Assembly: GCA_029780675.1 (NCBI GenBank)
Contig: JAKOYE010000185.1
Location: forward strand, 6,893-70,892
Reading direction: 5' to 3'
DNA: 64,000 nt
Source of the DNA: Actinomycetes bacterium
GTDB lineage: Bacteria > Actinomycetota > Actinomycetes > Mycobacteriales > Mycobacteriaceae
Below are positions 19,390-28,531 of this stretch, piece after piece (within the stretch, counting starts at the first letter, position 1; each line of letters starts with the position of its first letter). The notes under the pieces are model-generated. The model saw only the letters and a program-made list of their open reading frames with translations, had not been told where the DNA came from and searched no databases. The translations under genes were made by a program, and so were the position numbers.

Positions 19390-20316
19390 GTGGCTGCGAA
19401 CGCCCCGGCTCCGGGCGACCTCGACCTGACCGGACGCGTCGCGGTGGTGACCGGTGCCGCGGCCGGACTGGGCCGCGCCGAAGCCATCGGGCTGGCTCGT
19501 TCCGGCGCGACGGTCGTCGTCAATGACATGCCGCAGGCGCTGGAAAACTCCGATGTGTGCGACGAGATCACGTCGGCCGGATCGACGGCCGTCGCGGTGC
19601 CCGGGGATGTCAGCCTGCGTTCCACCGCCGATGAGATGGTCGCCTGCGCCGAACGGCTGGGTGGGCTGCACGTCGTGGTCAACAACGCCGGTATCACCCG
19701 TGACCGGATGCTGTTCAACATGTCCGACGAGGACTGGGATCAGGTCATCGCCGTCCACCTCCGGGGTCATTTCCTGGTGACCCGGAACGCCGCGGCCTAC
19801 TGGCGTGCCAGGGCGAAGAGTGACGGCACGGTCTACGGACGGATCATCAACACGTCATCGGAGGCCGGCCTGGTCGGCCCGGTCGGCCAGGCGAACTACG
19901 GCGCCGCCAAGGCCGCGATCACCGCGCTGACGCTGACCGCCGCCCGCGGACTCGGGCGCTACGGAGTACGAGCGAACGCCATCTGCCCCCGGGCGAGGAC
20001 CGCGATGACCGCCGACGTGTTCGGTGCCGCACCGGAACTCGCGGCCGGGGAGGTGGACCCACTGTCTCCCGAACACGTCGTCACCCTGGTCCGTTTCCTG
20101 GCCGCGCCGGCGTCGGCAGAGGTCAATGGGCAGGTGTTCATCGTCTACGGACCCACGGTCACCCTGGTCGCGGCGCCCACCGCCGAGCACCGGTTCCACG
20201 CGACCGGGTCAGCGTGGGATCCATCGGCGCTCAGTGCGTCGATGGCCGACTACTTTTCCGGCCGGGATCCCGATCGGACCTTCGGCGCGACGGACCTCAT
20301 GAAGGACCAGAACTAG
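19390..20316 (+). CDS. hsd4A: 3-hydroxyacyl-CoA dehydrogenase, SDR family
   Basis: [11 protein letters not shown] cofactor motif and YGAAK catalytic motif. GTG start. Follows fdxD, as in M. tuberculosis. Confidence 0.85.
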   Translation: MAANAPAPGDLDLTGRVAVVTGAAAGLGRAEAIGLARSGATVVVNDMPQALENSDVCDEITSAGSTAVAVPGDVSLRSTADEMVACAERLGGLHVVVNNAGITRDRMLFNMSDEDWDQVIAVHLRGHFLVTRNAAAYWRARAKSDGTVYGRIINTSSEAGLVGPVGQANYGAAKAAITALTLTAARGLGRYGVRANAICPRARTAMTADVFGAAPELAAGEVDPLSPEHVVTLVRFLAAPASAEVNGQVFIVYGPTVTLVAAPTAEHRFHATGSAWDPSALSASMADYFSGRDPDRTFGATDLMKDQN

Positions 20317-21803
20317 CGCTGACCCGCCTTGGTGTCGGCCAATGCGTCCAGGAATGCCCGTGCCCACAGGTCGACATCGTGAGCGAGGACCTGACGGCGC
20401 ATCGACCGCATCCGCCGCCGGCCCTCTTCCTCGGTCTGGTCCACCGCGGCCGCGATGGCATCTTTGACACCTTCGAGATCGTGCGGGTTGGTGAGATAGG
20501 CCTTCCGCAATTCCGCTGCGGCACCGGTGAACTCGCTCAGCACCAGGGCCCCGCCCAGATCGCTGTGGCAGGCGACGTACTCCTTCGCCACCAGATTCAT
20601 CCCGTCTCGCAACGGGGTGACCAGCATGACGTCGGCGGCGACGAAGAACGCGATCAGTTCGTCGCGGGGCACAGGGCGGTGCAGGTAATGCACGACCGGG
20701 CGGCCGACCTCGCCGTACTCGCCGTTGATGTGGCCGACCTGCTGCTCGACTTCGTTGCGCAGGATGCGGTAGCTGTCCACCCGCTCACGACTGGGAGTGG
20801 CCAACTGGAGCAGGACGGTGTCGCTCCCTTTGATCCGGCCTTCGGCCAGCAACTCGGCGAATGCCCGGAGTCGGACGTCGATGCCCTTGGTGTAGTCCAT
20901 CCGGTCCACGCCCAGCAGTAGCTTGCGGGGATTGCCCAATTCGGCCCGGATCTCCCTGGCCCGTCGCCGGATGGCTCTGCTGCGGGAGTGCCGGTCCAGA
21001 TCGGCGGAGTCGATCGAGATGGGGAACGCGCCCACTTTGATGGTTCGCGTCCCCAGGGTGACCTCACCGAACTTCGATCGGACTCCGACCGAGGCGCGCG
21101 AGGTCTCCGCTCCGGCCAGCGTGCGGGAGAGGAACAGGAAGTTCTGCGCACCGCCCGCCAGGTGGAAGCCCACCAGATCCGCACCGAGCAGACCGTCGAT
21201 GATCTCCGTCCGCCACGGTAGCTGCATGAACAACTCCACCGGGGGGAACGGAATGTGCAGAAAGAACCCGATGACGACGTCTGGGCGCAGCGTTCGCAGC
21301 ATCTTGGGAACGAGTTGCAGCTGGTAGTCCTGCACCCACACCGTCGCGCCCGGGGCGGCGGCCCGGGAGGCCGCTTCGGCGAAGCGCCGGTTGACATCGA
21401 CGTAGCGATCCCACCACTCGCGGTGATAGGTGGGTTTCACGATCACGTCGTGGTAGAGCGGCCACAGGGTGGCGTTGGAGAATCCCTCGTAGTACTGGGC
21501 GACGTCGTCGGCGCTGAGCCGCACCGGGTAGAGCTGCAGGCCGTCTTCGGTGATCGGATCCTCGGGTCCGTCCACCACGCCCGGCCACCCGATCCAGGCT
21601 CCGCGCTGCTTTCGCAAGAGCGGTTCCAGTGCGGTCACCAGCCCGCCCGGGCTGCGCCGCCAGTTGATCGTGCCGTCGGGCAGCAGTTCCATGTCGATCG
21701 GCAGCCGGTTGGCCACCACGACGAAATCGGAGTTGCCGGGGACTTCCGCCGAGTCGGCCGAGTCGGCGTGCCGAAGGTCGGCGGCATCCTCCCCGGGACC
21801 CAC
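20313..21803 (-). CDS. otsA: alpha,alpha-trehalose-phosphate synthase (GT20)
   Basis: [16 protein letters not shown] and the typical GT20 C-terminal half. 496 aa as tracked; the true start may be slightly internal. Confidence 0.92.
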   Translation of the reverse strand: MGPGEDAADLRHADSADSAEVPGNSDFVVVANRLPIDMELLPDGTINWRRSPGGLVTALEPLLRKQRGAWIGWPGVVDGPEDPITEDGLQLYPVRLSADDVAQYYEGFSNATLWPLYHDVIVKPTYHREWWDRYVDVNRRFAEAASRAAAPGATVWVQDYQLQLVPKMLRTLRPDVVIGFFLHIPFPPVELFMQLPWRTEIIDGLLGADLVGFHLAGGAQNFLFLSRTLAGAETSRASVGVRSKFGEVTLGTRTIKVGAFPISIDSADLDRHSRSRAIRRRAREIRAELGNPRKLLLGVDRMDYTKGIDVRLRAFAELLAEGRIKGSDTVLLQLATPSRERVDSYRILRNEVEQQVGHINGEYGEVGRPVVHYLHRPVPRDELIAFFVAADVMLVTPLRDGMNLVAKEYVACHSDLGGALVLSEFTGAAAELRKAYLTNPHDLEGVKDAIAAAVDQTEEEGRRRMRSMRRQVLAHDVDLWARAFLDALADTKAGQR

Positions 21804-21812
21804 GACCAGCGC

Positions 21813-21971
21813 CTACGCCTCAGGCTTGGACGGCCCGATACCGAGCATCGACAAGAACATCCGGCACTCGTCGGCATCGGTGGCGTACGCGGCCACCACC
21901 CGACGGGCCTGACGCTGGGTGCTGTCGGTCAGTGGTTCGATCTCGTCGATGTCATGGGCAGGTGCTGGCAT
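21813..21971 (-). CDS. small conserved hypothetical protein (52 aa, Rv3489-like position)
   Basis: Hand-translated as MPAPAHDIDEIEPLTDSTQRQARRVVAAYATDADECRMFLSMLGIGPSKPEA. It is below the track length cutoff and lies just upstream of otsA on the same strand. Confidence 0.45.
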   Translation of the reverse strand: MPAPAHDIDEIEPLTDSTQRQARRVVAAYATDADECRMFLSMLGIGPSKPEA

Positions 21972-22004
21972 ACATCAACTCTAGGTGACCACGACGGATG
22001 CCGC

Positions 22005-22406
22005 TCAGGGGCTGGAAGACAGCGTCGAGCGGGGCTGGACGGCGGGCACGTTGTCGGAGTTCATCGCGTAACACACCACGGACTCCCACTGGCCGGTGCA
22101 CGGGTCCCCGTTGATGTTGGGAACCGTGTGCAGTGGGTCGACGTAGGAGTTGGTCGTGCTGGTCCGTACGCCGCCGACTGAGGGCGCAGCCACCCTGGTC
22201 TCGTTTCCGGTGGCGGGAGTGGTGTTCGCCGAGACGCACCCGCCGTTCTCCATAATCTCGCCGGCCATGCAATCGCCACCGGAGTTGGACCCGCCGGGCA
22301 CGGGAACGGGGTCGGGGACTGGGAGCGGCTCGGCCAGCGCGGCCGGAGCGGCGGCCAGCGCGGCCGCAGCACCCAATGCCGCCATGAAGAACTTCGCTGA
22401 GATCAC
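22005..22406 (-). CDS. small secreted 4-Cys protein (paralog A)
   Basis: GTG 22406 or ATG 22385. Signal peptide AALGAAAALAAAPAALA, then C-x10-C and PCTG-x8-C motifs. The track ORF extension to 22790 is Arg/Pro-rich shadow sequence. Confidence 0.6.
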   Translation of the reverse strand: MISAKFFMAALGAAAALAAAPAALAEPLPVPDPVPVPGGSNSGGDCMAGEIMENGGCVSANTTPATGNETRVAAPSVGGVRTSTTNSYVDPLHTVPNINGDPCTGQWESVVCYAMNSDNVPAVQPRSTLSSSP

Positions 22407-22428
22407 AGTGACAATCCTAGGTCGGTCG

Positions 22429-22875
22429 TCACGGGGTGGGCGACACGGTCTGACCGTTGACCGACGCGTGCGGCGGTTTGTAGTTGTTGTGATTCTCCGA
22501 GAGGCCGTAGCACTCGCTGGTGCTGCCGCCACCGCCGGCGCCGCCCGTGCAGGGGATGCCGTCCACCTCGGGCAGCGTGCCCACATCGCCGGGGAGCGAC
22601 GACGTGATCTCGCCGGGCTGGAGGGCAACCTTCTCCGGGTTGAGCGGGTTCGGGACTGTCGAGGTCGGAACGGTGTTCGGCTTGCAGGCGCCACTGGCGG
22701 TGTCCAGAACCTCGCCGGGCGGGCAGGTCGCCAGAGCCGGGCCGGCCGGGGAGCCCGGCGCCGAAACGGCCGCAGCCACCAGGGGCGCAACCGAGAGCGC
22801 CACGGCGAATCCGCCGGCGATCAGCAGGCGCCGTGCGGCGGAGGTGACAGAGGTGCCTGAGGTTTCCGGGGCCAT
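22429..22875 (-). CDS. small secreted 4-Cys protein (paralog B)
   Basis: Signal peptide RRLLIAGGFAVALSVAPLVAAA. Has the same C..GE..C and PCTG...CY cysteine pattern as the downstream neighbour. Confidence 0.6.
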   Translation of the reverse strand: MAPETSGTSVTSAARRLLIAGGFAVALSVAPLVAAAVSAPGSPAGPALATCPPGEVLDTASGACKPNTVPTSTVPNPLNPEKVALQPGEITSSLPGDVGTLPEVDGIPCTGGAGGGGSTSECYGLSENHNNYKPPHASVNGQTVSPTP

Positions 22876-23009
22876 GTTGGTGCTTTCTGCTGGAGTGTTC
22901 CGCGCGATAGCGGCAGGTCATCAAATGTTTCGCCACCCGCGGCGGGGTTGTTACATCAGTCTAGTGACGGGCCGTTCCACGGCGCACCCGATCGTGGTTC
23001 GATACCGGC

Positions 23010-23837
23010 ATGAATCTCTCTTTCACCGATCGGACGTACCTGGTCAGCGGCGGCGGTAGCGGTATCGGTAAGGGAGTCGCGGCCGGCCTGGCGCGGGCCG
23101 GCGCGGACGTGGTGATCGTCGGCCGCAACGCCGACCGACTGTCGGCGGCCGCGGCGGAGATCAGCGCGGAATCAGCGGGGCGGGTTTCGGCGAAGCCTGC
23201 GGACGTCACCGACGAGGAACAGGTCGCCGGCGTCGTCGCGGTAGCCACGGAGTGGAACGGCCGGTTGCACGGTGTGGTGCACTGCGCCGGAGGGTCGGAA
23301 ACCATCGGTCCGATCACCCAGCTCGATTCGGCGGCCTGGCGTCGCACCGTCGACCTCAATGTGAACGGCACCATGTACCTGCTGAAACACTCCGCCCGGG
23401 AGATGGTGCGCGCCGGCGGCGGGTCTTTCGTGGGTATCTCGTCGATCGCCGCCAGCAACGTGCACCGGTGGTTCGGCGCGTACGGCGTCAGCAAATCGGC
23501 GTTGGACCACCTGTTGATGCTGGCCGCCGACGAACTCGGCCCGTCCTGGGTTCGGGTCAACGGCATCCGGCCCGGACTGATCCGCACCGACCTCGTCGAG
23601 GTCATCCTCAACAGCCCCGAGGTCGCCGAAGACTACCGGCAGTGCACGCCGCTGCCGCGAATCGGCGAGGTGGCCGATGTGGCCAGCCTGGCGATGTTCC
23701 TGCTCAGCGATGCGGCGAGTTGGATCACCGGGCAGGTCATCAACGTCGACGGCGGACACGGGTTGCGGCGGGGTCCCGACATGTCGGCCATGCTGGCCCC
23801 GGTGTTCGGCGAGGACGGACTCAGAGGGGTCGTCTAG
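23010..23837 (+). CDS. short-chain dehydrogenase/reductase (Rv3485c-like)
   Basis: Carries VSGGGSGIGKG, the YGVSK catalytic motif, and INVDGG near the C-terminus. Confidence 0.88.
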   Translation: MNLSFTDRTYLVSGGGSGIGKGVAAGLARAGADVVIVGRNADRLSAAAAEISAESAGRVSAKPADVTDEEQVAGVVAVATEWNGRLHGVVHCAGGSETIGPITQLDSAAWRRTVDLNVNGTMYLLKHSAREMVRAGGGSFVGISSIAASNVHRWFGAYGVSKSALDHLLMLAADELGPSWVRVNGIRPGLIRTDLVEVILNSPEVAEDYRQCTPLPRIGEVADVASLAMFLLSDAASWITGQVINVDGGHGLRRGPDMSAMLAPVFGEDGLRGVV

Positions 23838-23847
23838 CGATTCCCGG

Positions 23848-25335
23848 TCAGTTCACGCACGGGACGCCGCCGCCGTCGATCGGCGGACCCGCGTCCGGGA
23901 TCGGTGTGGTGGTGTCGGGGGTCTGTGACGTGGTGGACAGCCCGGCATCCGGCGGGGTGTCCGGTGTGAAACTGCCCAGATCGACTGCGCTCGGGTCGAA
24001 ACCGTCGCCGAGGATGACCCGGATGTGGTCGTCCTCCAGATTGGGGTCTTCCTGCGGTGCGGTGACGACCCCCAGCATGTCGGCCACCGCGTTCGCGTCG
24101 GTCCCGGCTCCGGGCCCGTAGCTGATCACCGTTCCCGGGGGCTCGCCGTCCTCGCGATCGCGAATCTCGCCGACGGTGAACCCCTGCCGGCTGAGAACGT
24201 CGGCGGTGCGACTCGCCAGCCCGTAACTCTGGCTGCCGTTGACCACCGCCACGACGGTGTCGGGACCGGGGGACGCCGCCTCGGGCGTCGTCGGCACCGG
24301 GGATCCGGCGATGGCGGCGGAGATCTCGGCGCGGATCGCCGCGGGATCCACGATGTTGACGTCCTGGCCGTCGATGTTCTCGTAGCGCAGTACCGGCAGT
24401 GTCCGGAACTCCACCTCGCCACCGGCCAGTGCCGCCAGTCGACGGAACTGCTCCTCGCCCCAGCCCTGCGACAGCACGACATCCTTGCGCGCCACCTCCA
24501 CGAGGTCGCGGAAGGCGTCGAGGTTGCCGAAGACACCGGACTGCTGCAACTGGTGCATGATCGCCGACAGGAATGCCTGCTGGCGATGGGTTCGGTCGAG
24601 GTCCCCGTTCTCCAGACCGTGGCGCTGCCGGACGAAGGCGAGGGCTTGCGCGGCGTCGAGGCGTTGGCGCCCGGCAGGGAAGTCCGCACCGGAGTACTCG
24701 TCGTAGACGGCATGGTTCAGGCAGACCTCCACACCGCCCAGGCTCTCCGCGAGGTGGTAGAAGCCCGCGAGGTTCACCTCGGCGAAGTAGTCGATGGGTT
24801 GGCCGGTGAGGTTGCGCACCGCGCGCAGGGTCGCCTCCCGGCCGGCCTCGCGACCGAGGCGTTCGAGTTCGGCCGGGTCGTCGATCCCCTGCTCGATGAG
24901 TTCGTCCTCGGTCTGGGCCTTGGTGAGGCCGTAGGCCTCCTTGATCTTGATGTGGTCGTAGCCGGTGATGCCGCTGACCGGGACGTAGTCGTCGCGGGGG
25001 ATCGAGAAGGCAACCACCCGGTCGTCCGCGCCGATGTGCACCAGGATCAGGGTGTTGGTGTTGTATCCGCCCGATGTGGAGTCGCCGGCGTGCAACTTGT
25101 CCAGGATGTCGGGCGGAAGATCGTTGCCGTCCTGGTCCTTGCGGGAGTCCAGTCCGATCAGCAGGATGTTCATCGCCCCGCCGGACGAGCGCGGGGAATC
25201 CAGTCCCAACGCCTTCGAGACGGTGATGCCGCCGAGGATGCCGTGGGTCTCCCAGTACCCCAGTCCGGTGACGGTCAGCGCCAGGGCGGCAAGCAGCGCC
25301 GGAATCGTCCGTCGCAGAAGCCGCCGTGCCGTCAT
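23848..25335 (-). CDS. cpsA: LytR-CpsA-Psr (LCP) cell-wall glycopolymer ligase
   Basis: One TM helix (IPALLAALALTV), an LCP core (NILLIGLDSR, NTLILVH) and a LytR_C-like C-terminal domain. An alternative upstream start at 25422 would overlap the divergent DUF427 gene. Confidence 0.85.
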   Translation of the reverse strand: MTARRLLRRTIPALLAALALTVTGLGYWETHGILGGITVSKALGLDSPRSSGGAMNILLIGLDSRKDQDGNDLPPDILDKLHAGDSTSGGYNTNTLILVHIGADDRVVAFSIPRDDYVPVSGITGYDHIKIKEAYGLTKAQTEDELIEQGIDDPAELERLGREAGREATLRAVRNLTGQPIDYFAEVNLAGFYHLAESLGGVEVCLNHAVYDEYSGADFPAGRQRLDAAQALAFVRQRHGLENGDLDRTHRQQAFLSAIMHQLQQSGVFGNLDAFRDLVEVARKDVVLSQGWGEEQFRRLAALAGGEVEFRTLPVLRYENIDGQDVNIVDPAAIRAEISAAIAGSPVPTTPEAASPGPDTVVAVVNGSQSYGLASRTADVLSRQGFTVGEIRDREDGEPPGTVISYGPGAGTDANAVADMLGVVTAPQEDPNLEDDHIRVILGDGFDPSAVDLGSFTPDTPPDAGLSTTSQTPDTTTPIPDAGPPIDGGGVPCVN

Positions 25336-25358
25336 ACCCGTCAGTATCGTCGGTGGGT

Positions 25359-25853
25359 ATGCGTCCCCGCCCAGATCCAGTGGAACCCGGACAGGAGTCG
25401 GTCTGGGACTATCCGCGTCCACCGCGCCTGGAGGTGTTCGACGGCGAGATCACCGTCGAACTCGGTGGTGAGGTGATCGCCGCCACCTCGCACGGGTGGC
25501 GGGTTCTGGAGACGAGCCATCCGCCCACCTACTACCTGCCGCGGACTGCGTTCCGCCCGGGTGCGCTCCGCGAGACCGACGGATCGTCATGGTGCGAGTG
25601 GAAGGGCCGGGCCCGGTACTTCGACCTGGTGTCCGGTTCGACGGTGGCGCCCAAAGCCGCATGGAGTTACCCCGCACCCACCCCCGGATTCGAACCCATC
25701 CAGGACGCCGTCGCCGTCATGGCCGGGCAGGTGGACCGGTGCACGGTCGACGGCGAGACCGTCGTGCCCCAGCCCGGCGGCTTCTACGGTGGGTGGATCA
25801 CCAGCAGAATCGCCGGGCCGTTCAAGGGCGGTCCCGGGACGGCCGGTTGGTGA
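25359..25853 (+). CDS. DUF427 domain protein
   Basis: Contains ESVWDYPRPP..., SHPPTYYLPR, CEWKGRARYFD and GGWIT, motifs typical of DUF427. Confidence 0.75.
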   Translation: MRPRPDPVEPGQESVWDYPRPPRLEVFDGEITVELGGEVIAATSHGWRVLETSHPPTYYLPRTAFRPGALRETDGSSWCEWKGRARYFDLVSGSTVAPKAAWSYPAPTPGFEPIQDAVAVMAGQVDRCTVDGETVVPQPGGFYGGWITSRIAGPFKGGPGTAGW

Positions 25854-25909
25854 GGCCGGGACGTTTGTCGTGTGACTGGTATGTCGTCTGACTGGGAGGT
25901 GTGTGCTCG

Positions 25910-27166
25910 ATGGCCGTCGTGATCGTGGGAGCCGGACTCAGCGGTCTTGCCGCCGCGCGACACCTCACCAACCACGGGGTCGAGGCGCTGGTGCTGGAAG
26001 GCTCCGATGCGGTGGGCGGACGGGTCCGTACCGACGTCGTCGACGGTTTCCGCCTCGACCGGGGCTTCCAGCTCTACAACCCGGCCTACCCCGAGGGCGC
26101 CCGTGTCCTGGACCATCGTGCCCTGGATCTGAAGCCCTTCGTCGCCGGCGCGCGCATCGTGGTCGACCGGGGCGGACGGCGGCGCGTGGAGCGGGTCGCC
26201 GATCCACGCCGTAAACCATCCTGGGCGGTGCCATCGCTGCGCGCGCATATCGGCTCGCCGTTGTCGACGGCCCGCTTCGGCGCCTACGCCGTCTCCTGCG
26301 CCGTCCGCTCGGTGCCGTCGCTGCATCGGGAGCCCGATGTCACCAGCGAGGAGGCGCTGCGGCGGGCCGGTGCGGATGGCACCCTGATCGAGACCGTGTT
26401 GCGCCCCTTCCTGTCCGGGGTGTTTCTGGACGCCGAGTTGTCGACGTCGCGGCGCTTCCTCGATGTGGTGCTGAAGTCGTTCGTCCGGGGCACTCCGGCC
26501 GTTCCGGCGCTGGGCATGCAGCGCATTCCCGAGCAGCTCGCCGCCGGACTCGACATCCGACTCGGACACCGGGTCGCCGCCGTCTCGGCGCGCGGTGTCG
26601 AGGTGGTCGGCGGTGATGCCCAGCCCGCCGAGGCGGTGATCGTCGCGACCGACCCGACGGCCGCCGCCGACCTCGTCGCCGGTGTCCGGGCGCCCGCGGC
26701 CCGGTCGGTCACCACCTGGTACTACCGCCCGGACTGCGCACCGCAGGAACTCGCCGACGGTGAGGCCGTACTCACCCTCGACGGCGACTGCCGCGGTCCT
26801 CTGGTCAACACCGTCGTCCTCAGCCACGCCGCCCCCGACTACGCGCCGCTGGGCAGCGCGTTGGTTGCGGCCTCGGCCCTGGGGGCCTCCGACAACCCCG
26901 CCCGGGATGACTCGGTGCGCGAGCACCTGGCCTGGCTGTATGGAGTCCCCACGCGGAACTGGGAACTCATCGCCGGCTATCCGATCCCCTACGCCCTGCC
27001 CGCGATGCCGGTGCCGTTCGAATTGCAGCGCCCCGTCCGCACCGAGCAGGGCGTTTACGTCGCCGGTGACCACCGCGACACGTCGTCCATCCAGGGCGCG
27101 CTGGTCAGTGGTCGCCGGGCGGCGCAGGCTGTGCTCAAGGATTTGGGATTCACCGCGGGCCGATAG
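25910..27166 (+). CDS. NAD(P)/FAD-dependent oxidoreductase (amine-oxidase / desaturase-like)
   Basis: Dinucleotide fold VVIVGAGLSGLAAARHL. GGGAGG lies 10 nt upstream of ATG 25910. Confidence 0.85.
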   Translation: MAVVIVGAGLSGLAAARHLTNHGVEALVLEGSDAVGGRVRTDVVDGFRLDRGFQLYNPAYPEGARVLDHRALDLKPFVAGARIVVDRGGRRRVERVADPRRKPSWAVPSLRAHIGSPLSTARFGAYAVSCAVRSVPSLHREPDVTSEEALRRAGADGTLIETVLRPFLSGVFLDAELSTSRRFLDVVLKSFVRGTPAVPALGMQRIPEQLAAGLDIRLGHRVAAVSARGVEVVGGDAQPAEAVIVATDPTAAADLVAGVRAPAARSVTTWYYRPDCAPQELADGEAVLTLDGDCRGPLVNTVVLSHAAPDYAPLGSALVAASALGASDNPARDDSVREHLAWLYGVPTRNWELIAGYPIPYALPAMPVPFELQRPVRTEQGVYVAGDHRDTSSIQGALVSGRRAAQAVLKDLGFTAGR

Positions 27167-27192
27167 CTGGTCGCGGCGCGGGCGGACGTGTG

Positions 27193-27230
27193 GTGGAGCC
27201 CCCTGTCAGGATTGAACTGACGACCTTTCG
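27193..27230. repeat. attL: displaced copy of the tRNA-Thr 3' half
   Basis: gtggagccccctgtcAggattgaacTgacgacctttcg compared with 37460-37497. The two differences (27208, 27218) pair with each other in the T-stem. Confidence 0.85.
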
Positions 27231-27360
27231 GTGCCGGTGAGGCACAAGCATCTGGTTGCTAGCGTTCGGGAATGTTCGCCAGCGCTGGGCATTCACAAGA
27301 TGGAGAATTAGCCGGTGTTCGTATGAGTCCGTGGTGTGTCGTGGCGTGTCGAGGTCGTTT

Positions 27361-27380
27361 GTAGTCGGAAAGTAGTCGGA
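27361..27380. repeat. putative integrase arm-type sites (left arm, 2 copies)
   Basis: GTAGTCGGA occurs at 27361-27369 and 27372-27380. The same core is reiterated 3 times next to attR. Confidence 0.5.
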
Positions 27381-27518
27381 AGGCGGTTGGGTTCGCACCA
27401 CTCGACTACCCTCAGCGCCAGAGCACCCTCGGCCCCATCCTCCCGTGGCCGGGGGCCGCTCCTGACGCGGGGCCGACGGCGAATAGCAGTACCGGGACAT
27501 TGCCATAGCATCGGGTCC

Positions 27519-28178
27519 GTGCCAGACAAGCGGACGTTGTACGTGTTCCTCGATGAATCCGGGGATATGACCTACACCGCAAAGGGCAGCGATCACTTTG
27601 TCTTGTCTGCCGTCTACACCGAGACTCCGTGCCAATCTGCAGCTTCACTGCAGGCCCTGAAGTACGAATTGCTTGCTGCCGGAAGCACAGACCTTGAGTT
27701 CCATGCGACGGAGAACACCAAGGGGACGCGGAAGAGGGTGGCTGAGATGGTGAGCACCCTTTCGAATATCCACGTGCACACACTCTGGATCGACAAGCGC
27801 TTCACGGCACCAAGCCTTCAGGATCCCGTGCGGCTGTTTAGCCTGTTCGGCGGGGCGATGGGTAAGTGGATCGGCACGGTAGTCGCCAAGGATCACGACC
27901 AAGTCGTGATGGTGTTCGATTCCGTCCTCACCGGCAAGGAGCAGGACGCTTTCAAGGCTGCAGTCAAACCAAAGTTGAAGCAACTGCCGGTGCCCTTCCG
28001 GCTGGTGTTCCATCCCGTCAAGTCCGACTTGAATGGGCAGATTGCCGACTATTTCTCATGGGCTTGGTTCCGTCATCTTGAGCGGAGCGATGATGAACCC
28101 AGGAGGTCCCTCGCTGGTATCCCTTGGAGCGAATTTCATCTGTTCCGGGCTGGCCACACGAAGTACTGGAGAAAGTGA
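27519..28178 (+). CDS. DUF3800 domain protein (cargo gene at the att-proximal end)
   Basis: GTG 27519. The N-terminal LYVFLDESGD and C-terminal NGQIADYFSWA are hallmarks of DUF3800 as I recall the family. GC is visibly lower, with many A/T-ending codons. It is the only plus-strand gene in the left half of the element. Confidence 0.7.
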   Translation: MPDKRTLYVFLDESGDMTYTAKGSDHFVLSAVYTETPCQSAASLQALKYELLAAGSTDLEFHATENTKGTRKRVAEMVSTLSNIHVHTLWIDKRFTAPSLQDPVRLFSLFGGAMGKWIGTVVAKDHDQVVMVFDSVLTGKEQDAFKAAVKPKLKQLPVPFRLVFHPVKSDLNGQIADYFSWAWFRHLERSDDEPRRSLAGIPWSEFHLFRAGHTKYWRK

Positions 28179-28469
28179 CCACCCCGCCTACCTTGCGGAA
28201 AGCCCAGGGGCTCTTATCGGCGGGGTGGAACGTTTGACGTCATCGTAGCTCCAGTGAGGCGTCTCCGCAGTTACTTGGCTCACAGGGCGCGCTCACGAGC
28301 GTCTGACCCCCCTTTGCCGAGATTTTCACGGGCTCTGAAAATAAAAAACTCTGACTACCGCGGGTGTCAGGCGCCCCCGCCCCGCCAGGAATATCGGGGG
28401 TAGGGGCCGGCCGCCAGCCTGCCGGTGCGCGCCTCTGACTTCGCGCTTCGGTGTGACTGGCGGCCGGTG

Positions 28470-28528
28470 GGGAGGGACACGACCCCTCCCTTGGACTGTC
28501 CGGCGGGCGGAGGCTGCCGACCGGACAG
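28470..28528 (-). terminator. two stem-loops immediately after the head-gene operon
   Basis: ctgtccgg-N17-ccggacag (28496-28528) and gggaggg-N7-ccctccc (28470-28490). They start 4 nt after the TAA of ORF 28532..29002. No U-tract is present. Confidence 0.4.
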
Positions 28529-28531
28529 GGC

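Noticed and set aside
25335-25422. Apparent 97-nt overlap of the divergent cpsA-like and DUF427 ORFs as tracked.
   Set aside because: Internal starts (ATG 25335 and ATG 25359) remove the overlap and leave the conserved domains intact, so this is probably an artefact of the longest-ORF convention. The true cpsA start remains uncertain.
27231-27518. ORFs in the attL-proximal region (27150..27635 -, 27308..27529 -, and the 5' extension of 27336..28178 +).
   Set aside because: They have no motifs and overlap one another and the att repeat. The DUF3800 homology begins only at GTG 27519. I treat the region as non-coding attP-arm DNA containing the arm-type repeats.
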